From: Ignavibacteria bacterium
Lineage (GTDB): Bacteria; Bacteroidota; Ignavibacteria; UBA10030; UBA6906
NCBI GenBank assembly: GCA_040290295.1
Contig: PSMW01000012.1
Span: forward strand, 37,519 to 101,518
Direction of reading: 5' to 3'
Length of the DNA: 64,000 nucleotides
In this document: piece by piece, positions 36,453 through 45,842 of the stretch
Layout of the letters: each line of letters starts with the position of its first letter
Numbering within the stretch: position 1 is the stretch's first letter
The notes under the pieces: generated by a model
What the model was told of the DNA's origin: nothing
What the model saw: only the letters and a program-made list of their open reading frames with translations
Database searches by the model: none
Made by a program: the position numbers and the translations under genes

Positions 36453-37088
36453 TTAGTGGACAATGTATCCATCACCTTTGACGATCCGTTCAACTTCGCT
36501 GAGGCGCTCGAGCTTGGGAATAACCTCGACGAAGTACGCATGCAACAACCGCAAGCGCTCGTTCTCTGACTCCGTCGCCAGCAACACTTGGCGTTGTGAA
36601 AGCTCCATCCCCGCCTTCTGCGCGATCTTGAACGACACTTGGGGATTTGCTGCATCGAATTCGACTTTGTACGCTTCTTCGCGATACACCATCTCTACGA
36701 GCCGGTTATGTAGGCGAATCGTTTCCTCTGCGAGTGCTTCATCGAGCGCTTCGGTACGCTGTTCGAAGAATTTCACTTGCCCCACGCTAAACAAGGTCTG
36801 TGAAGCGACGACCTTTTCCAGCAGGTACCGCTCACCCCCTTCGACGAGAATATCCATGCGGCCATCCGCATAGCGCTTCACCAGTTCCAGCACGGTTGCC
36901 GTACATCCCACTTTGGCCAGCCCTGCTTCCGTTATGAGATTGATGCCGAACGCTTTCCCCTCATCAAGACACTCCGCGATGAGCTGTTTGTACCGCTCTT
37001 CAAAAATATGGAGAGGAAGGACAGACTGAGGAAAGAGCACCACCTGCAACGGAAACAACGGCAGAAGTTGCACTGCCATAGCGATCAC
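36453..37088 (-). CDS. LON substrate-binding (N-terminal) domain protein
   Basis: LPLFPLQVVLFPQSVLPLHIFEERYKQLI is the canonical start of the Lon N-domain / BPP1347-like family. 211 aa, with no AAA or protease domain. Confidence 0.8.
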   Translation of the reverse strand: MIAMAVQLLPLFPLQVVLFPQSVLPLHIFEERYKQLIAECLDEGKAFGINLITEAGLAKVGCTATVLELVKRYADGRMDILVEGGERYLLEKVVASQTLFSVGQVKFFEQRTEALDEALAEETIRLHNRLVEMVYREEAYKVEFDAANPQVSFKIAQKAGMELSQRQVLLATESENERLRLLHAYFVEVIPKLERLSEVERIVKGDGYIVH

Positions 37089-37153
37089 GCTCGATGGTCA
37101 GTTTCATGATAGAAAATTTCAGACTGAACATCAAGATGAACTCTAGAAGCACG

Positions 37154-37186
37154 CCAAGTTCCGAACGTCGGGCGTTCGGAACTTGG
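37154..37186 (-). terminator. Strong hairpin after the SOD gene
   Basis: A perfect 14-bp stem CCAAGTTCCGAACG / CGTTCGGAACTTGG with a 5-nt loop, 10 nt downstream of the SOD stop. The downstream tract on the minus strand is only weakly T-rich. Confidence 0.6.
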
Positions 37187-37196
37187 GCACCGTGTC

Positions 37197-37949
37197 TTAG
37201 CGTGCGTACTTCTTGTAGCGCTCGTTGATTCTTCCCCAATGAAGATGCGCGAGGAAGTTGTCGATATAGGCTGCGCGCTTGGGACCATCTTTGTGGTAGT
37301 AGGCGTGCTCGAACACATCACATGGGATGAGAGGGATGCCACCCCAGATCGCACCGTAGTGGTGTTCGTCCACGAGCACGTTGAGGAGTCGTTTCGAGTA
37401 GAGCATGTCGTACGCCAGAACGCCCCAGCCGCTGAGCTTAGCGGAAAGTGCCGTGGCTTTGAAGTCGGCTTTCCATGCGTCGATCGAGCCGAACTCCTTT
37501 TCGATCGCCGCTTTGATCTCCGGACCTTTGCTCACATCTCCGTCGCCGCCCATCACTTCCCAATACACGTCGTGGAGCAATGCGCCTGCGTGGTTCCACG
37601 TCGTACGCCGCTTCAACTCGCCGATCGGACTGTAATTTCCGTTCGCCTTCGAGCGGTCGGCAGTCTCCAAGTCTTTCTCGATCGTGTTGAGCGCCGTAAC
37701 GTAACCTTTGTGGTGTGTGTTGTAATGCCAGTCGCTCGTCTCCGCATCGATAACGGGAGCGAGGAGCTTCTTCGCTTCTTCGTCCGAGTACGGACGCGGG
37801 TTGAACTTCCATTCGTATGCCATGCGCTTATCCTCCATAGTGTTGTTGATCGATGAGTACGGAATGAACAATTGCCCTGCAATGGCAGCCGCGCCGGTTG
37901 CAGTGGTCTTTTTGATGAACTCTCGTCGCTTCACGGCAAGCTCCTCCAC
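37197..37949 (-). CDS. Fe/Mn-family superoxide dismutase with twin-arginine (Tat) signal peptide
   Basis: KRREFIKKTTATGAAAIAG matches the Tat motif (RRxFxK). The SOD core is present: DWHYNTHHKGYVTALN, GWGVLAYD, DVFEHAYYHKD (metal-ligand contexts). The start is uncertain: GTG 37949 or 37934 avoids overlap with the upstream gene, while the track start is 38006. Confidence 0.85.
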   Translation of the reverse strand: MEELAVKRREFIKKTTATGAAAIAGQLFIPYSSINNTMEDKRMAYEWKFNPRPYSDEEAKKLLAPVIDAETSDWHYNTHHKGYVTALNTIEKDLETADRSKANGNYSPIGELKRRTTWNHAGALLHDVYWEVMGGDGDVSKGPEIKAAIEKEFGSIDAWKADFKATALSAKLSGWGVLAYDMLYSKRLLNVLVDEHHYGAIWGGIPLIPCDVFEHAYYHKDGPKRAAYIDNFLAHLHWGRINERYKKYAR

Positions 37950-37956
37950 CGGCTCA

Positions 37957-38721
37957 TCAAAAGCCTTTGATGCGTGCGGCTTTCCCGTACACGAGCTGAA
38001 CGGCAAGCCACCCGAGGATCACCACCGCGAGCAGGTACAGCGGACTGTTCGCTCCCGGCACCGTCGTGTGCATGGTGATCATCGTCCAGAACAGGGGAAC
38101 CGAAAGGAACGTGTTGTGCTTCGACCGCATGCCCGCGCTGGCAACCAATGCTTGCTCGGGAGCGGAGCCTTCCTTCACGGCTGCGATGATTTTCTTCTGA
38201 GCAGGCCAGATCCGCATCCAAACATTCGCAGCCATGATCGTTCCCAGCATCGCACCGATGTGGATGTTGTATGCCCGATAGCTGTAGCCGCCGAAGTCGA
38301 TCATCAAATACATCACTGCAGCTATGAGCAAGAAGCCGATGGCAGCGAACACTTTCATGTCCTTCGCGAGCGTTGACTTCGCGAGAATGTCGTAGAGAGC
38401 AAAACCCCCAAACGTTACCACCAGCATAATGATCGCGCCTGGGGTCCATCCTTTTCCTTCCTCGAACATCAATCCGCCATGATAATACACGAGCATCAGC
38501 AGCAGAACGCCCGTCACCCACGTGTAGGCTGCTCCCCACCGGAACCAATACAATGCACGCGGCATCAATTCGGGCACCACTTTCTTCTTCGTTTCTGGAT
38601 CCATCACCGTTGTAAACGGCGCATTGACAAAATTGAAAAAGTACAGATGCCCTATCCAAATGACGCCGGCAGCAATATGCAGCCACCGAAAGAACACGCT
38701 CAGATAGTCCATGAATTCCAT
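37957..38721 (-). CDS. Integral membrane protein resembling the N-terminal membrane domain of urate hydroxylase PuuD (Urate_ox_N-like), without a cytochrome c domain
   Basis: From ATG 38721, which is preceded by a GGGAGG Shine-Dalgarno. FFRWLHIAAGVIWIGHLYFFNF, ANVWMRIWPAQKK and RSKHNTFLSVPLFWTMITMHT match my recollection of the conserved blocks of that family. About 6 TM helices. The assignment is from memory of the family pattern only. Confidence 0.5.
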   Translation of the reverse strand: MEFMDYLSVFFRWLHIAAGVIWIGHLYFFNFVNAPFTTVMDPETKKKVVPELMPRALYWFRWGAAYTWVTGVLLLMLVYYHGGLMFEEGKGWTPGAIIMLVVTFGGFALYDILAKSTLAKDMKVFAAIGFLLIAAVMYLMIDFGGYSYRAYNIHIGAMLGTIMAANVWMRIWPAQKKIIAAVKEGSAPEQALVASAGMRSKHNTFLSVPLFWTMITMHTTVPGANSPLYLLAVVILGWLAVQLVYGKAARIKGF

Positions 38722-38866
38722 GACGTGCCTCCCAAGATTGTGATGATGTGTGATATGGAATGAACCATTCAGCGCCTGCAAAGCGCTTGTGGTCCAGATG
38801 CATGTATGGACGTTCCTCTTGTGTGATGCGGAAAGCTCTACCGACACAAAAGGTGTGGAGCAAGCG

Positions 38867-38887
38867 AAGAACTTGCTCTCACGGTCA
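38867..38887 (-). terminator. Hairpin downstream of the Fe-S operon (possible terminator)
   Basis: The minus strand reads GAGCAAG-TTCTTCG-CTTGCTC (7-bp stem), 13 nt after the sufA-like stop, followed by CACACCTTTTGTG. Confidence 0.4.
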
Positions 38888-38900
38888 GCGTACTCGTGCC

Positions 38901-39269
38901 TTAGACGCCAAACGACTGGCCGCACCCGCAGGTTCGTGTCGCTTGCGGGTTGTTGAAAACGAAGCCCTTGCCGTTCAACCCATCGCTGAAATCGAGAACG
39001 GTACCCGAAAGAAAGAACAGACTTTTCGGATCGACAAACATCTTGATGCCGAACTGTTCCATGATCTTGTCGTTCTCTCTCGGTTGCTCATCGAAAGCCA
39101 GAACGTACGTCATGCCCGAGCACCCTCCGCCTTTGACGCCGAGACGCAAGCCGTGATGGTCGGGGATGTTGTTCTCGGCTTTCAGCTTCTTGATCTGTTG
39201 GGCCGCTTTTTCGGTCAACAGAATTTCTTCGTTCACGTCGAGCTTTGCAGGAATGTTTGTCGTTTCCAT
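38901..39269 (-). CDS. Fe-S cluster insertion A-type carrier (IscA/SufA/ErpA, HesB family)
   Basis: From ATG 39269, preceded by AAGGAGA. GLRLGVKGGGCSGMTY and the C-terminal CGCGQSFGV are the three-Cys signature. Confidence 0.88.
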   Translation of the reverse strand: METTNIPAKLDVNEEILLTEKAAQQIKKLKAENNIPDHHGLRLGVKGGGCSGMTYVLAFDEQPRENDKIMEQFGIKMFVDPKSLFFLSGTVLDFSDGLNGKGFVFNNPQATRTCGCGQSFGV

Positions 39270-39312
39270 CGTTTCTCCTTGTTCATAAAACTCAAACACC
39301 GTTTCGATTGCA

Positions 39313-39726
39313 TCAAAGGCCAAGTTCCAAGCGCGCCGCCTCGGACATCATACTCGGATTCCACGGTGGATCCCACACCACCTTGACGACCGCTTGCGTA
39401 ACATGAGGGATGTTTTTGACTTTCGCTTCTACTTCTCTGGGCAGGTACTGTGCTGCGGGGCAATGAGGCGTCGTCAGTGTCATCACCACCAGCACACCGC
39501 CGTCAGCTGCGACCTTCACATCGTAGATCAAACCCATCTCATAAATATTGACCGGGATTTCAGGATCATAGCACGTCTTCAACACTTCGACCACGTTGTT
39601 GTAGATGATGGTTTGCTCGACGGTGCTGAGTTGGCGTTGCTCGCTCGAAGCAGAAGGCTCCGGTACCGGCGTTACGGGTTCCGAAGTTGACGGTGTTCCT
39701 GTTTTGTCGTGATGAGTGTCTGTCAT
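39313..39726 (-). CDS. DUF59/MIP18-family Fe-S assembly protein (SufT-like)
   Basis: VLKTCYDPEIPVNIYEMGLIYDV and LTTPHCPAAQYL are typical of the family. There is an N-terminal Ser/Thr/Pro-rich extension of about 35 aa. Confidence 0.8.
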   Translation of the reverse strand: MTDTHHDKTGTPSTSEPVTPVPEPSASSEQRQLSTVEQTIIYNNVVEVLKTCYDPEIPVNIYEMGLIYDVKVAADGGVLVVMTLTTPHCPAAQYLPREVEAKVKNIPHVTQAVVKVVWDPPWNPSMMSEAARLELGL

Positions 39727-39731
39727 GTGTA

Positions 39732-40187
39732 CTACTCCGTACTGACGGTTGCCGGTGCTTCATCCTTCAATGCGGCAAGCAGCGTATGCCACGCGAGACT
39801 TGCGCACTTGACGCGAGCCGGAAACTCGCTGACGCCTGCAAACGCTGCAAGCTTGCCGAGCCTATCGAAGTTGCGTTCGCCGTTCAACTCGCCCGTCACC
39901 AACTTGTGAAATGTTTCGAAGAGACGTTCGGCGTCGGCTTTGGTTTTGCCTTTCAGAAGAGAAGTCATCACCGACGCGGACGATTTCGAGATCGCACAGC
40001 CACTTCCCTCGAAGCTCACGTCGGCTATCACGTCGCCATCCATCTTGACGAACACCGTATAGTGATCGCCGCACAGCGGATTGAACCCCTCCACCTTGCG
40101 CGTGGCATCGTCCATCCTCCGGAAATTGCGGGGATTCTTGTTGTGGTCGAGAATAACCTCTTGATACAGCTCGCGCAGTGCCGACAT
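39732..40187 (-). CDS. sufU: SUF-type Fe-S scaffold/sulfurtransferase SufU (IscU-like)
   Basis: LYQEVILDHNKNPRNF, NPLCGDH, GSGCAISKSSASVMT, RVKCASLAW. The start overlaps the sufS stop by 1 nt (TAATG). Confidence 0.9.
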   Translation of the reverse strand: MSALRELYQEVILDHNKNPRNFRRMDDATRKVEGFNPLCGDHYTVFVKMDGDVIADVSFEGSGCAISKSSASVMTSLLKGKTKADAERLFETFHKLVTGELNGERNFDRLGKLAAFAGVSEFPARVKCASLAWHTLLAALKDEAPATVSTE

Positions 40188-41452
40188 TACCCCAATACCT
40201 CCTTCACCTTGTGCAACGCGTGGACGAGCACATCGATTTCATCTTTGGTGTTGTAGAAAGCAAACGATACGCGCGCCGTTGCGGGAATGCCGAACCGTTG
40301 CATCACCGGTTGTGCACAGTGATGTCCCGTTCGAATTGCCACGCCTTCATAGTCGAGGATCGTTCCAATGTCGTGTGGATGAACGCCTTCTATCACGAAC
40401 GAAATAACACCAGCCTTTTCTTTCGCTGTACCGATGATGGTGAGGCCCGGAATCTCCTTCAGCTTGGTTGTTGCGTAGTGCAACAGTTCCGCCTCGTACG
40501 CCATCACAGCGTTCATGTCCATCCCGCTGAGATAATCGATGGCCGCACCCAGTCCGATGCCGCCGGCAATATTGGGTGTGCCCGCTTCGAACTTGTAGGG
40601 AAGATCGTTGAAGGTTGTCTTCTCGAACGTGACCGACTTGATCATGTCGCCGCCTCCCTGATACGGCGGCATCGCGTCGAGCAGGGCTTCTTTGCCATAC
40701 AAGATACCGACACCGGTCGGGCCGAACATTTTGTGTGCGGAGAATGCGTAAAAATCACACTCGAGTTGCTGCATATCCACACGCATGTGCGGCACCGCTT
40801 GTGCGCCGTCCACCAACACGGGAATGCCGTGTGCATGAGCCATAGCGATCATGGACTTCACCGGGTTGATTGTTCCGAGTGCGTTCGAAATATGTGTCAC
40901 GGCCACAATGCGCGTCTTCTCGGTCAGCAGCTTCTGGTATTCGTCCAGGAGCAATTCGCCTGCATCGTTCATCGGGATGACGCGGAGTCGAGCTTGCTTC
41001 TCTTCACACACCAACTGCCAGGGCACGATGTTCGAGTGATGCTCCATCGCCGAGATAAGCACTTCATCGCCCGCGTGGAGATGTGTTCGGCCGAAACTAC
41101 CGGCGACAAGATTGATCGCCTCGGTCGTGCCGCGCACAAAAATGATCTCTTTGGTAGAGCGTGCGTTGATATAGCGCTGCACTTTTGCACGTGCGCCTTC
41201 ATACGATTCGGTCGCCCGCTCGCTCAGATAATGCACGCCGCGATGAACATTCGAGTTTTCCTCGTAGTAATACCGAATCATCGCGTCGATCACCACCTGC
41301 GGTTTTTGGCTTGTTGCTGCGTTGTCGAGATAGACGAGCGGTTTGCCGTTCACCTGGCGGCGCAGCAAGGGAAAGTGAAAGCGACAACTCTCCACAGGGA
41401 TCGGCGCTTTTACGCTCTCGTCGGTATAGGTTGCCGTACCTTCCATGATCAC
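40187..41452 (-). CDS. sufS: Cysteine desulfurase, SufS class II
   Basis: YLDNAATSQKP, AFSAHKMFGPTGVGILYG (PLP Lys), RTGHHCAQP (active-site Cys loop). Confidence 0.93.
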   Translation of the reverse strand: MIMEGTATYTDESVKAPIPVESCRFHFPLLRRQVNGKPLVYLDNAATSQKPQVVIDAMIRYYYEENSNVHRGVHYLSERATESYEGARAKVQRYINARSTKEIIFVRGTTEAINLVAGSFGRTHLHAGDEVLISAMEHHSNIVPWQLVCEEKQARLRVIPMNDAGELLLDEYQKLLTEKTRIVAVTHISNALGTINPVKSMIAMAHAHGIPVLVDGAQAVPHMRVDMQQLECDFYAFSAHKMFGPTGVGILYGKEALLDAMPPYQGGGDMIKSVTFEKTTFNDLPYKFEAGTPNIAGGIGLGAAIDYLSGMDMNAVMAYEAELLHYATTKLKEIPGLTIIGTAKEKAGVISFVIEGVHPHDIGTILDYEGVAIRTGHHCAQPVMQRFGIPATARVSFAFYNTKDEIDVLVHALHKVKEVLG

Positions 41453-42798
41453 AGTTCGAGTGTGCGTCCTTGTCGCAGCCGTTCCTGCAGCATTGCATCC
41501 ACCTGCGATCGTAGCGGCTCGACATGAACACGATTGATAATATCGCTCGCGAACGCAAAGGTGAGGATGTCCTTCGCTGTTTCCTCGCCGATGCCTCGTG
41601 ACCGAAGGTAGAACAACTGCTCTTCATCCAGATGCCCGACAGTCGCACCATGTGTACACTTCACATCGTTGGCAAAAATCTCGAGTTGGGGTTTCGTGTC
41701 GATGGTTGCATGGTCCGAGAGCAAGAGCGTCTTGTTCGTCTGCTTGGCATCGGTTTTCTGAGCGTCTTTCCGTACAAAGATTTTGCCGTTGAAGACGCCT
41801 CTCGAATTTCCGTCGAGAATGGATTTGTACAGCTCATGGCTGGCACACTTCGGCTGCGCATGATCGATCGTCGTATGATGATCGACGAGCTGTGTGCCGG
41901 TAGTGAGGGACAAACCGTTCAGTGTCGCCTCGCAGCGCTCCGCACCGAGTACGGCCGTAATGGTGTTGCGCACCAATGCGCCGCCGAAGTTGATCGCATT
42001 CGATACCACGGTGCTGCCTTCGTGCTGCTCGAAATGCACGGTGCCGATGTGAAAGCCGGTAAGCGATTCGGCTTGCAGCTTGTCGTGCTCGACGCTCGCT
42101 CCTTCGCCCACAACAAATTCCGTGACCGCGTTGGTGAGATACGGCTCGTCGCCTCTTCCGGCGTACGTCTCGACGATCGACACTTTGCTGCGCTTTCCCA
42201 CGATAATCAGATTGCGCGGGTGTGCAGCCAGCGGCACGCCGCCCGAAGTTTCAAAGAACACCAAATGAATCGGTACATCCAGCACCACATCATCGGGAAT
42301 GTGAATGAAGGCACCATCGAACAGAAACGCCGTGCTGAGGGCGGTGAACGCGTTCTCGTCGTACTGCACATACCGGCCGAGGTGGCAATAGAGGTTCGGG
42401 TCGTTCGCCTTCAGGGCAGATGCCAGGTTGGTCACCGTCACCCCCTTGGGAAGAGCGGGGACGACGGAGAACTCTGCCCGGTAGTGTCCGTTCACAAACA
42501 CGAACCGAACCGATTCCCAACCACGAAACGTGAGGCTTTCGATCTCCTCCCCCATCGCTTCCGTATCACCGGGTGTCAGCGAGGGGACGAACAGCGTCCG
42601 CGCAATCGGCGACACGTCGGTGAAGCGCCATTCTTCTTCGCGTGTTGTCGGGAACCCGAGCGCGTCGAATGCCTCAATTGCTCGCCGGCGCAAGGCATGA
42701 ACGCGCGATGTCGCCTCACCGTTGAGACTTTGCTCGAAGGCTTCGAAGTGTGTGCGGTACCACTCTTTGGTGTTACGAACTTCTTGTCTCATCTCCAC
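41449..42798 (-). CDS. sufD: Fe-S cluster assembly protein SufD
   Basis: 449 aa. The C-terminal block is ...FNGKIFVRKDAQKTDAKQTNKTLLLSD.ATIDTKPQLEIFANDVKCTHGATVGHLDEEQLFYLRSRGI. Confidence 0.92.
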   Translation of the reverse strand: MEMRQEVRNTKEWYRTHFEAFEQSLNGEATSRVHALRRRAIEAFDALGFPTTREEEWRFTDVSPIARTLFVPSLTPGDTEAMGEEIESLTFRGWESVRFVFVNGHYRAEFSVVPALPKGVTVTNLASALKANDPNLYCHLGRYVQYDENAFTALSTAFLFDGAFIHIPDDVVLDVPIHLVFFETSGGVPLAAHPRNLIIVGKRSKVSIVETYAGRGDEPYLTNAVTEFVVGEGASVEHDKLQAESLTGFHIGTVHFEQHEGSTVVSNAINFGGALVRNTITAVLGAERCEATLNGLSLTTGTQLVDHHTTIDHAQPKCASHELYKSILDGNSRGVFNGKIFVRKDAQKTDAKQTNKTLLLSDHATIDTKPQLEIFANDVKCTHGATVGHLDEEQLFYLRSRGIGEETAKDILTFAFASDIINRVHVEPLRSQVDAMLQERLRQGRTLEL

Positions 42799-42801
42799 TC
42801 C

Positions 42802-43560
42802 TTATGCTGCCGCTTCGGTTTCTTCGCGCACCCAATCATATCCACGCTCTTCGAGAAGCAACGCCAACTCTTTGCCGCCGCTCTTCACGATTTTTCCATC
42901 CACAAGCACATGAACGTAATCAGGAATGATGTAGTTGAGCAGGCGTTGATAGTGTGTAACGACGATCGTCGCGTTGTCGGGGCGCCGCAGTTTGTTGACG
43001 CCGTCCGCAACGATACGCAGCGCATCGATGTCGAGGCCGGAGTCGGTCTCGTCCAACACCGCAAGCGTCGGTTCCAGCACCGCCATCTGAAAGATTTCGT
43101 TCCGCTTCTTCTCGCCTCCGGAAAAGCCTTCATTCACCGGCCGGTTGAGAAAGCTCGGATCCATATCGACCAACGTGAGTCGCTCCTTGACCAAGGTCAG
43201 AAAATCGACAGCGTCCAGCGGCTCAAGCCCGCGGTGCTTGCGGATGGCGTTGAGCGCCACTTTCAGGAAATAGCTGTTGGACACGCCGGGGATCTCGACC
43301 GGATACTGGAACGCAAGAAACAATCCTTCACGGGCACGCTCTTCGGGATTCATGGCAAGAAGATCCATCCCTTTGTACCACACTTCACCTTCCGTGACAC
43401 GGTACGCTTCGCGTCCGGCAAGCACTCCTGCAAGCGTACTCTTGCCCGAACCGTTGGGACCCATGATAGCGTGCAGTTCACCCGCGTTCACGTTCAGGTT
43501 CACACCGTGCAGGATCTCGTTGCCGTTGACCTGCGCGTGAAGATTCTTGATTTCTAACAT
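42802..43560 (-). CDS. sufC: Fe-S cluster assembly ATPase SufC
   Basis: From ATG 43560: [68 protein letters not shown]. Confidence 0.95.
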   Translation of the reverse strand: MLEIKNLHAQVNGNEILHGVNLNVNAGELHAIMGPNGSGKSTLAGVLAGREAYRVTEGEVWYKGMDLLAMNPEERAREGLFLAFQYPVEIPGVSNSYFLKVALNAIRKHRGLEPLDAVDFLTLVKERLTLVDMDPSFLNRPVNEGFSGGEKKRNEIFQMAVLEPTLAVLDETDSGLDIDALRIVADGVNKLRRPDNATIVVTHYQRLLNYIIPDYVHVLVDGKIVKSGGKELALLLEERGYDWVREETEAAA

Positions 43561-43599
43561 CACTCGTTCCTTTTCTGATTGTCGATTCATGTTCATTCC

Positions 43600-45039
43600 T
43601 TACCCCACACTTCCTTCAAGACTGACGCCGAGGAGTTTCTGTGCTTCCACCGCGAACTCCATCGGTAGCTCTCGGAACACTTCCTTGCAGAAGCCATTCA
43701 CGATCATATTGACAGCATCCTCTTTCGACAGCCCGCGTTGCTGGCAGTAGAAGATTTGATCTTCACCGATCTTCGAGGTCGTCGCTTCGTGTTCGACCTT
43801 GGAGGAGGTGTTCTTCACTTCGATATACGGGAAGGTGTGCGCGCCGCACTTATCGCCGAGCAACAGCGAGTCGCATTGCGAAAAATTGCGCGCACCGATG
43901 GCACCTTTCGTCACTTTGACCAATCCTCGATACGAGTTCTGTCCGTAACCGGCGGAGATGCCTTTGGAGACGATGGTGCTGCGCGTATTCTTGCCGATAT
44001 GAATCATCTTCGTACCGGTGTCGGCTTGCTGGTAGTTGTTCACCACCGCCACCGAATAGAATTCGCCGACGGCATTATCGCCCTGCAAGATGCAACTCGG
44101 ATACTTCCATGTGATTGCTGAGCCGGTCTCGACTTGCGTCCAGGAAATTTTCGCGTTCTTCATCGCTTTCCCGCGCTTCGTCACGAAGTTGTAAATGCCG
44201 CCCTTTCCTTCTTTGTCGCCCGGATACCAGTTCTGCACTGTCGAGTATTTGATCTCCGCATGGTCCAGTGCGATCAGCTCCACCACGGCTGCGTGCAGTT
44301 GGTTGGTATCACGCATCGGCGCCGTGCAACCTTCAAGGTAGCTCACGAACGCGCCTTCGTCCGCAACAATGAGTGTTCGTTCGAACTGTCCCGTTTCCGC
44401 TGCATTGATGCGGAAGTACGTTGACAACTCCATGGGACAGCGAACACCTTTGGGAATGTAGCAGAACGAACCATCGCTGAAGACCGCCGAATTGAGCGCG
44501 GCGAAGAAATTGTCTGTGTACGGAACAACAGAACCCAGATACGTCCGCACAAGATCGGGATGATTCTGCACCGCTTCGGTCAACGAGCAGAAGATGATCC
44601 CCAACTCAGCGAGCTTCTCCTTGAACGTGGTCGCGACCGAAACACTATCGAAGACGGCATCCACCGCGACACCGGCGAGCATCTTCTGCTCCTCGAGCGG
44701 GATGCCGAGCTTCTCATACGTCTTCAGGAGTTCCGGATCGACTTCCTCCAAACTTTTGAACTGCTTCTTTTTCGGCGCGGCGTAGTAGTGATAAGCCTGA
44801 TAGTCGATGGGTGGATACTTCACGTTGGGCCACTTCGGCTCCTCCATCGTCAGCCAATGACGATAGGCTTTCAGCCGCCACTCGAGCAGCCACGCAGGTT
44901 CGTTTTTCTTCTCCGAGATGAGACGGACGATGTCCTCGTTCAAGCCTCGAGGCGCTATGTCCATCTCGATGTCGGTAACGAACCCGTACTTGTACTCTTG
45001 TTTCGCTAAGAGTTCGATGTCGTTCGTTTCAGTTGCCAT
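43600..45039 (-). CDS. sufB: Fe-S cluster assembly scaffold SufB
   Basis: 479 aa. EPKWPNV.., [49 protein letters not shown]. Confidence 0.95.
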   Translation of the reverse strand: MATETNDIELLAKQEYKYGFVTDIEMDIAPRGLNEDIVRLISEKKNEPAWLLEWRLKAYRHWLTMEEPKWPNVKYPPIDYQAYHYYAAPKKKQFKSLEEVDPELLKTYEKLGIPLEEQKMLAGVAVDAVFDSVSVATTFKEKLAELGIIFCSLTEAVQNHPDLVRTYLGSVVPYTDNFFAALNSAVFSDGSFCYIPKGVRCPMELSTYFRINAAETGQFERTLIVADEGAFVSYLEGCTAPMRDTNQLHAAVVELIALDHAEIKYSTVQNWYPGDKEGKGGIYNFVTKRGKAMKNAKISWTQVETGSAITWKYPSCILQGDNAVGEFYSVAVVNNYQQADTGTKMIHIGKNTRSTIVSKGISAGYGQNSYRGLVKVTKGAIGARNFSQCDSLLLGDKCGAHTFPYIEVKNTSSKVEHEATTSKIGEDQIFYCQQRGLSKEDAVNMIVNGFCKEVFRELPMEFAVEAQKLLGVSLEGSVG

Positions 45040-45075
45040 AGGTGTTGTTGTGTCAATATTGTTGGTGAAACATGC

Positions 45076-45792
45076 CTACGTCTTTTCCTCCTTCTTCCCC
45101 GCCGGTGTGTAGTTGCCTTTCAGAGGCGGAAGACTCTTCTTCAGGTTCGGCGCCGCAGGCGTTTGGGTCGTCGGCTGCTGCGTAGGAGCAGGGACTGGAG
45201 ATGGCTGTTTCTGTGCAACAGAGGCTGAGGGTGTCGCCGGCTCCGCCTGTGCAGACAATTGGGTCACGCCTTCGGACTGCTCACCCGATGCTTGCCCGTC
45301 CGTCGGCTTTGCGCTTGCTGCCGCCGCAGCATTGGCGCCGCCTGCGGGTATCGCACTCGTCAGGGGCGGGAGTCCGCCTGCCGGTCGCGCGCTCGTTTGA
45401 GCTGCTGCAGCGGGCTTCGCGCTGCTCAGAGGCGGTAAGGGTGTCCGTGCCCTGGCGGCTGCAGGCGACTTCGCTGGTGCCGCTCCGGGGGCGGGCTTGG
45501 CTGGCGCCGCTGGTGCCACTGCCGGCTTCTTGAATGGCGGATAATTCAACACCCAGCTTTGACGATCGATTGGCGTCAAAACCTTTTCCTTCTCTAATGT
45601 CTGAACGAATGCTCGCGCGATCTCTTCTGCTTCCATGTAACTCATCTTCTCCCCCCTGCGTTCGAGCCACGTGCGAATGCCGTACTGAATGTCCCGGAAG
45701 AAGACATTCGATAGATGGTACATCGGATAGTGCTGTTTCAAGAACTCCAGGACTTCTGTTCGATGATGGAGTATGTAGTCAAGAGGTTTCAT
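45076..45792 (-). CDS. Hypothetical protein: ~95-aa globular N-terminus plus ~140-aa Pro/Ala-rich tail with three LPPL motifs
   Basis: From ATG 45792: MKPLDYILHHRTEVLEFLKQHYPMYHLSNVFFRDIQYGIRTWLERRG... The tail contains TPLPPLSSAKPAA, GGLPPLTSAIPAG and KSLPPLKGNYTPAG. It sits between iscS and sufB on the same strand. Confidence 0.5.
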   Translation of the reverse strand: MKPLDYILHHRTEVLEFLKQHYPMYHLSNVFFRDIQYGIRTWLERRGEKMSYMEAEEIARAFVQTLEKEKVLTPIDRQSWVLNYPPFKKPAVAPAAPAKPAPGAAPAKSPAAARARTPLPPLSSAKPAAAAQTSARPAGGLPPLTSAIPAGGANAAAAASAKPTDGQASGEQSEGVTQLSAQAEPATPSASVAQKQPSPVPAPTQQPTTQTPAAPNLKKSLPPLKGNYTPAGKKEEKT

Positions 45793-45842
45793 TGGTGCCT
45801 TACTCTGTAGGTTTCCATGAGTGTTTGTTTTGCTTACGTCTT

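Noticed and set aside
40178-41527. 449-aa ORF on the plus strand
   Set aside because: It is antisense to sufS, which has a clear PLP-Lys and active-site Cys loop. It has no motif and is a shadow ORF.
41632-43557. 641-aa ORF on the plus strand
   Set aside because: It is antisense to sufD and sufC, whose motifs are clear (Walker A/B in SufC, the SufD C-terminal block). It has no recognisable domain and an Arg/His/Val-rich composition. It is a shadow ORF.
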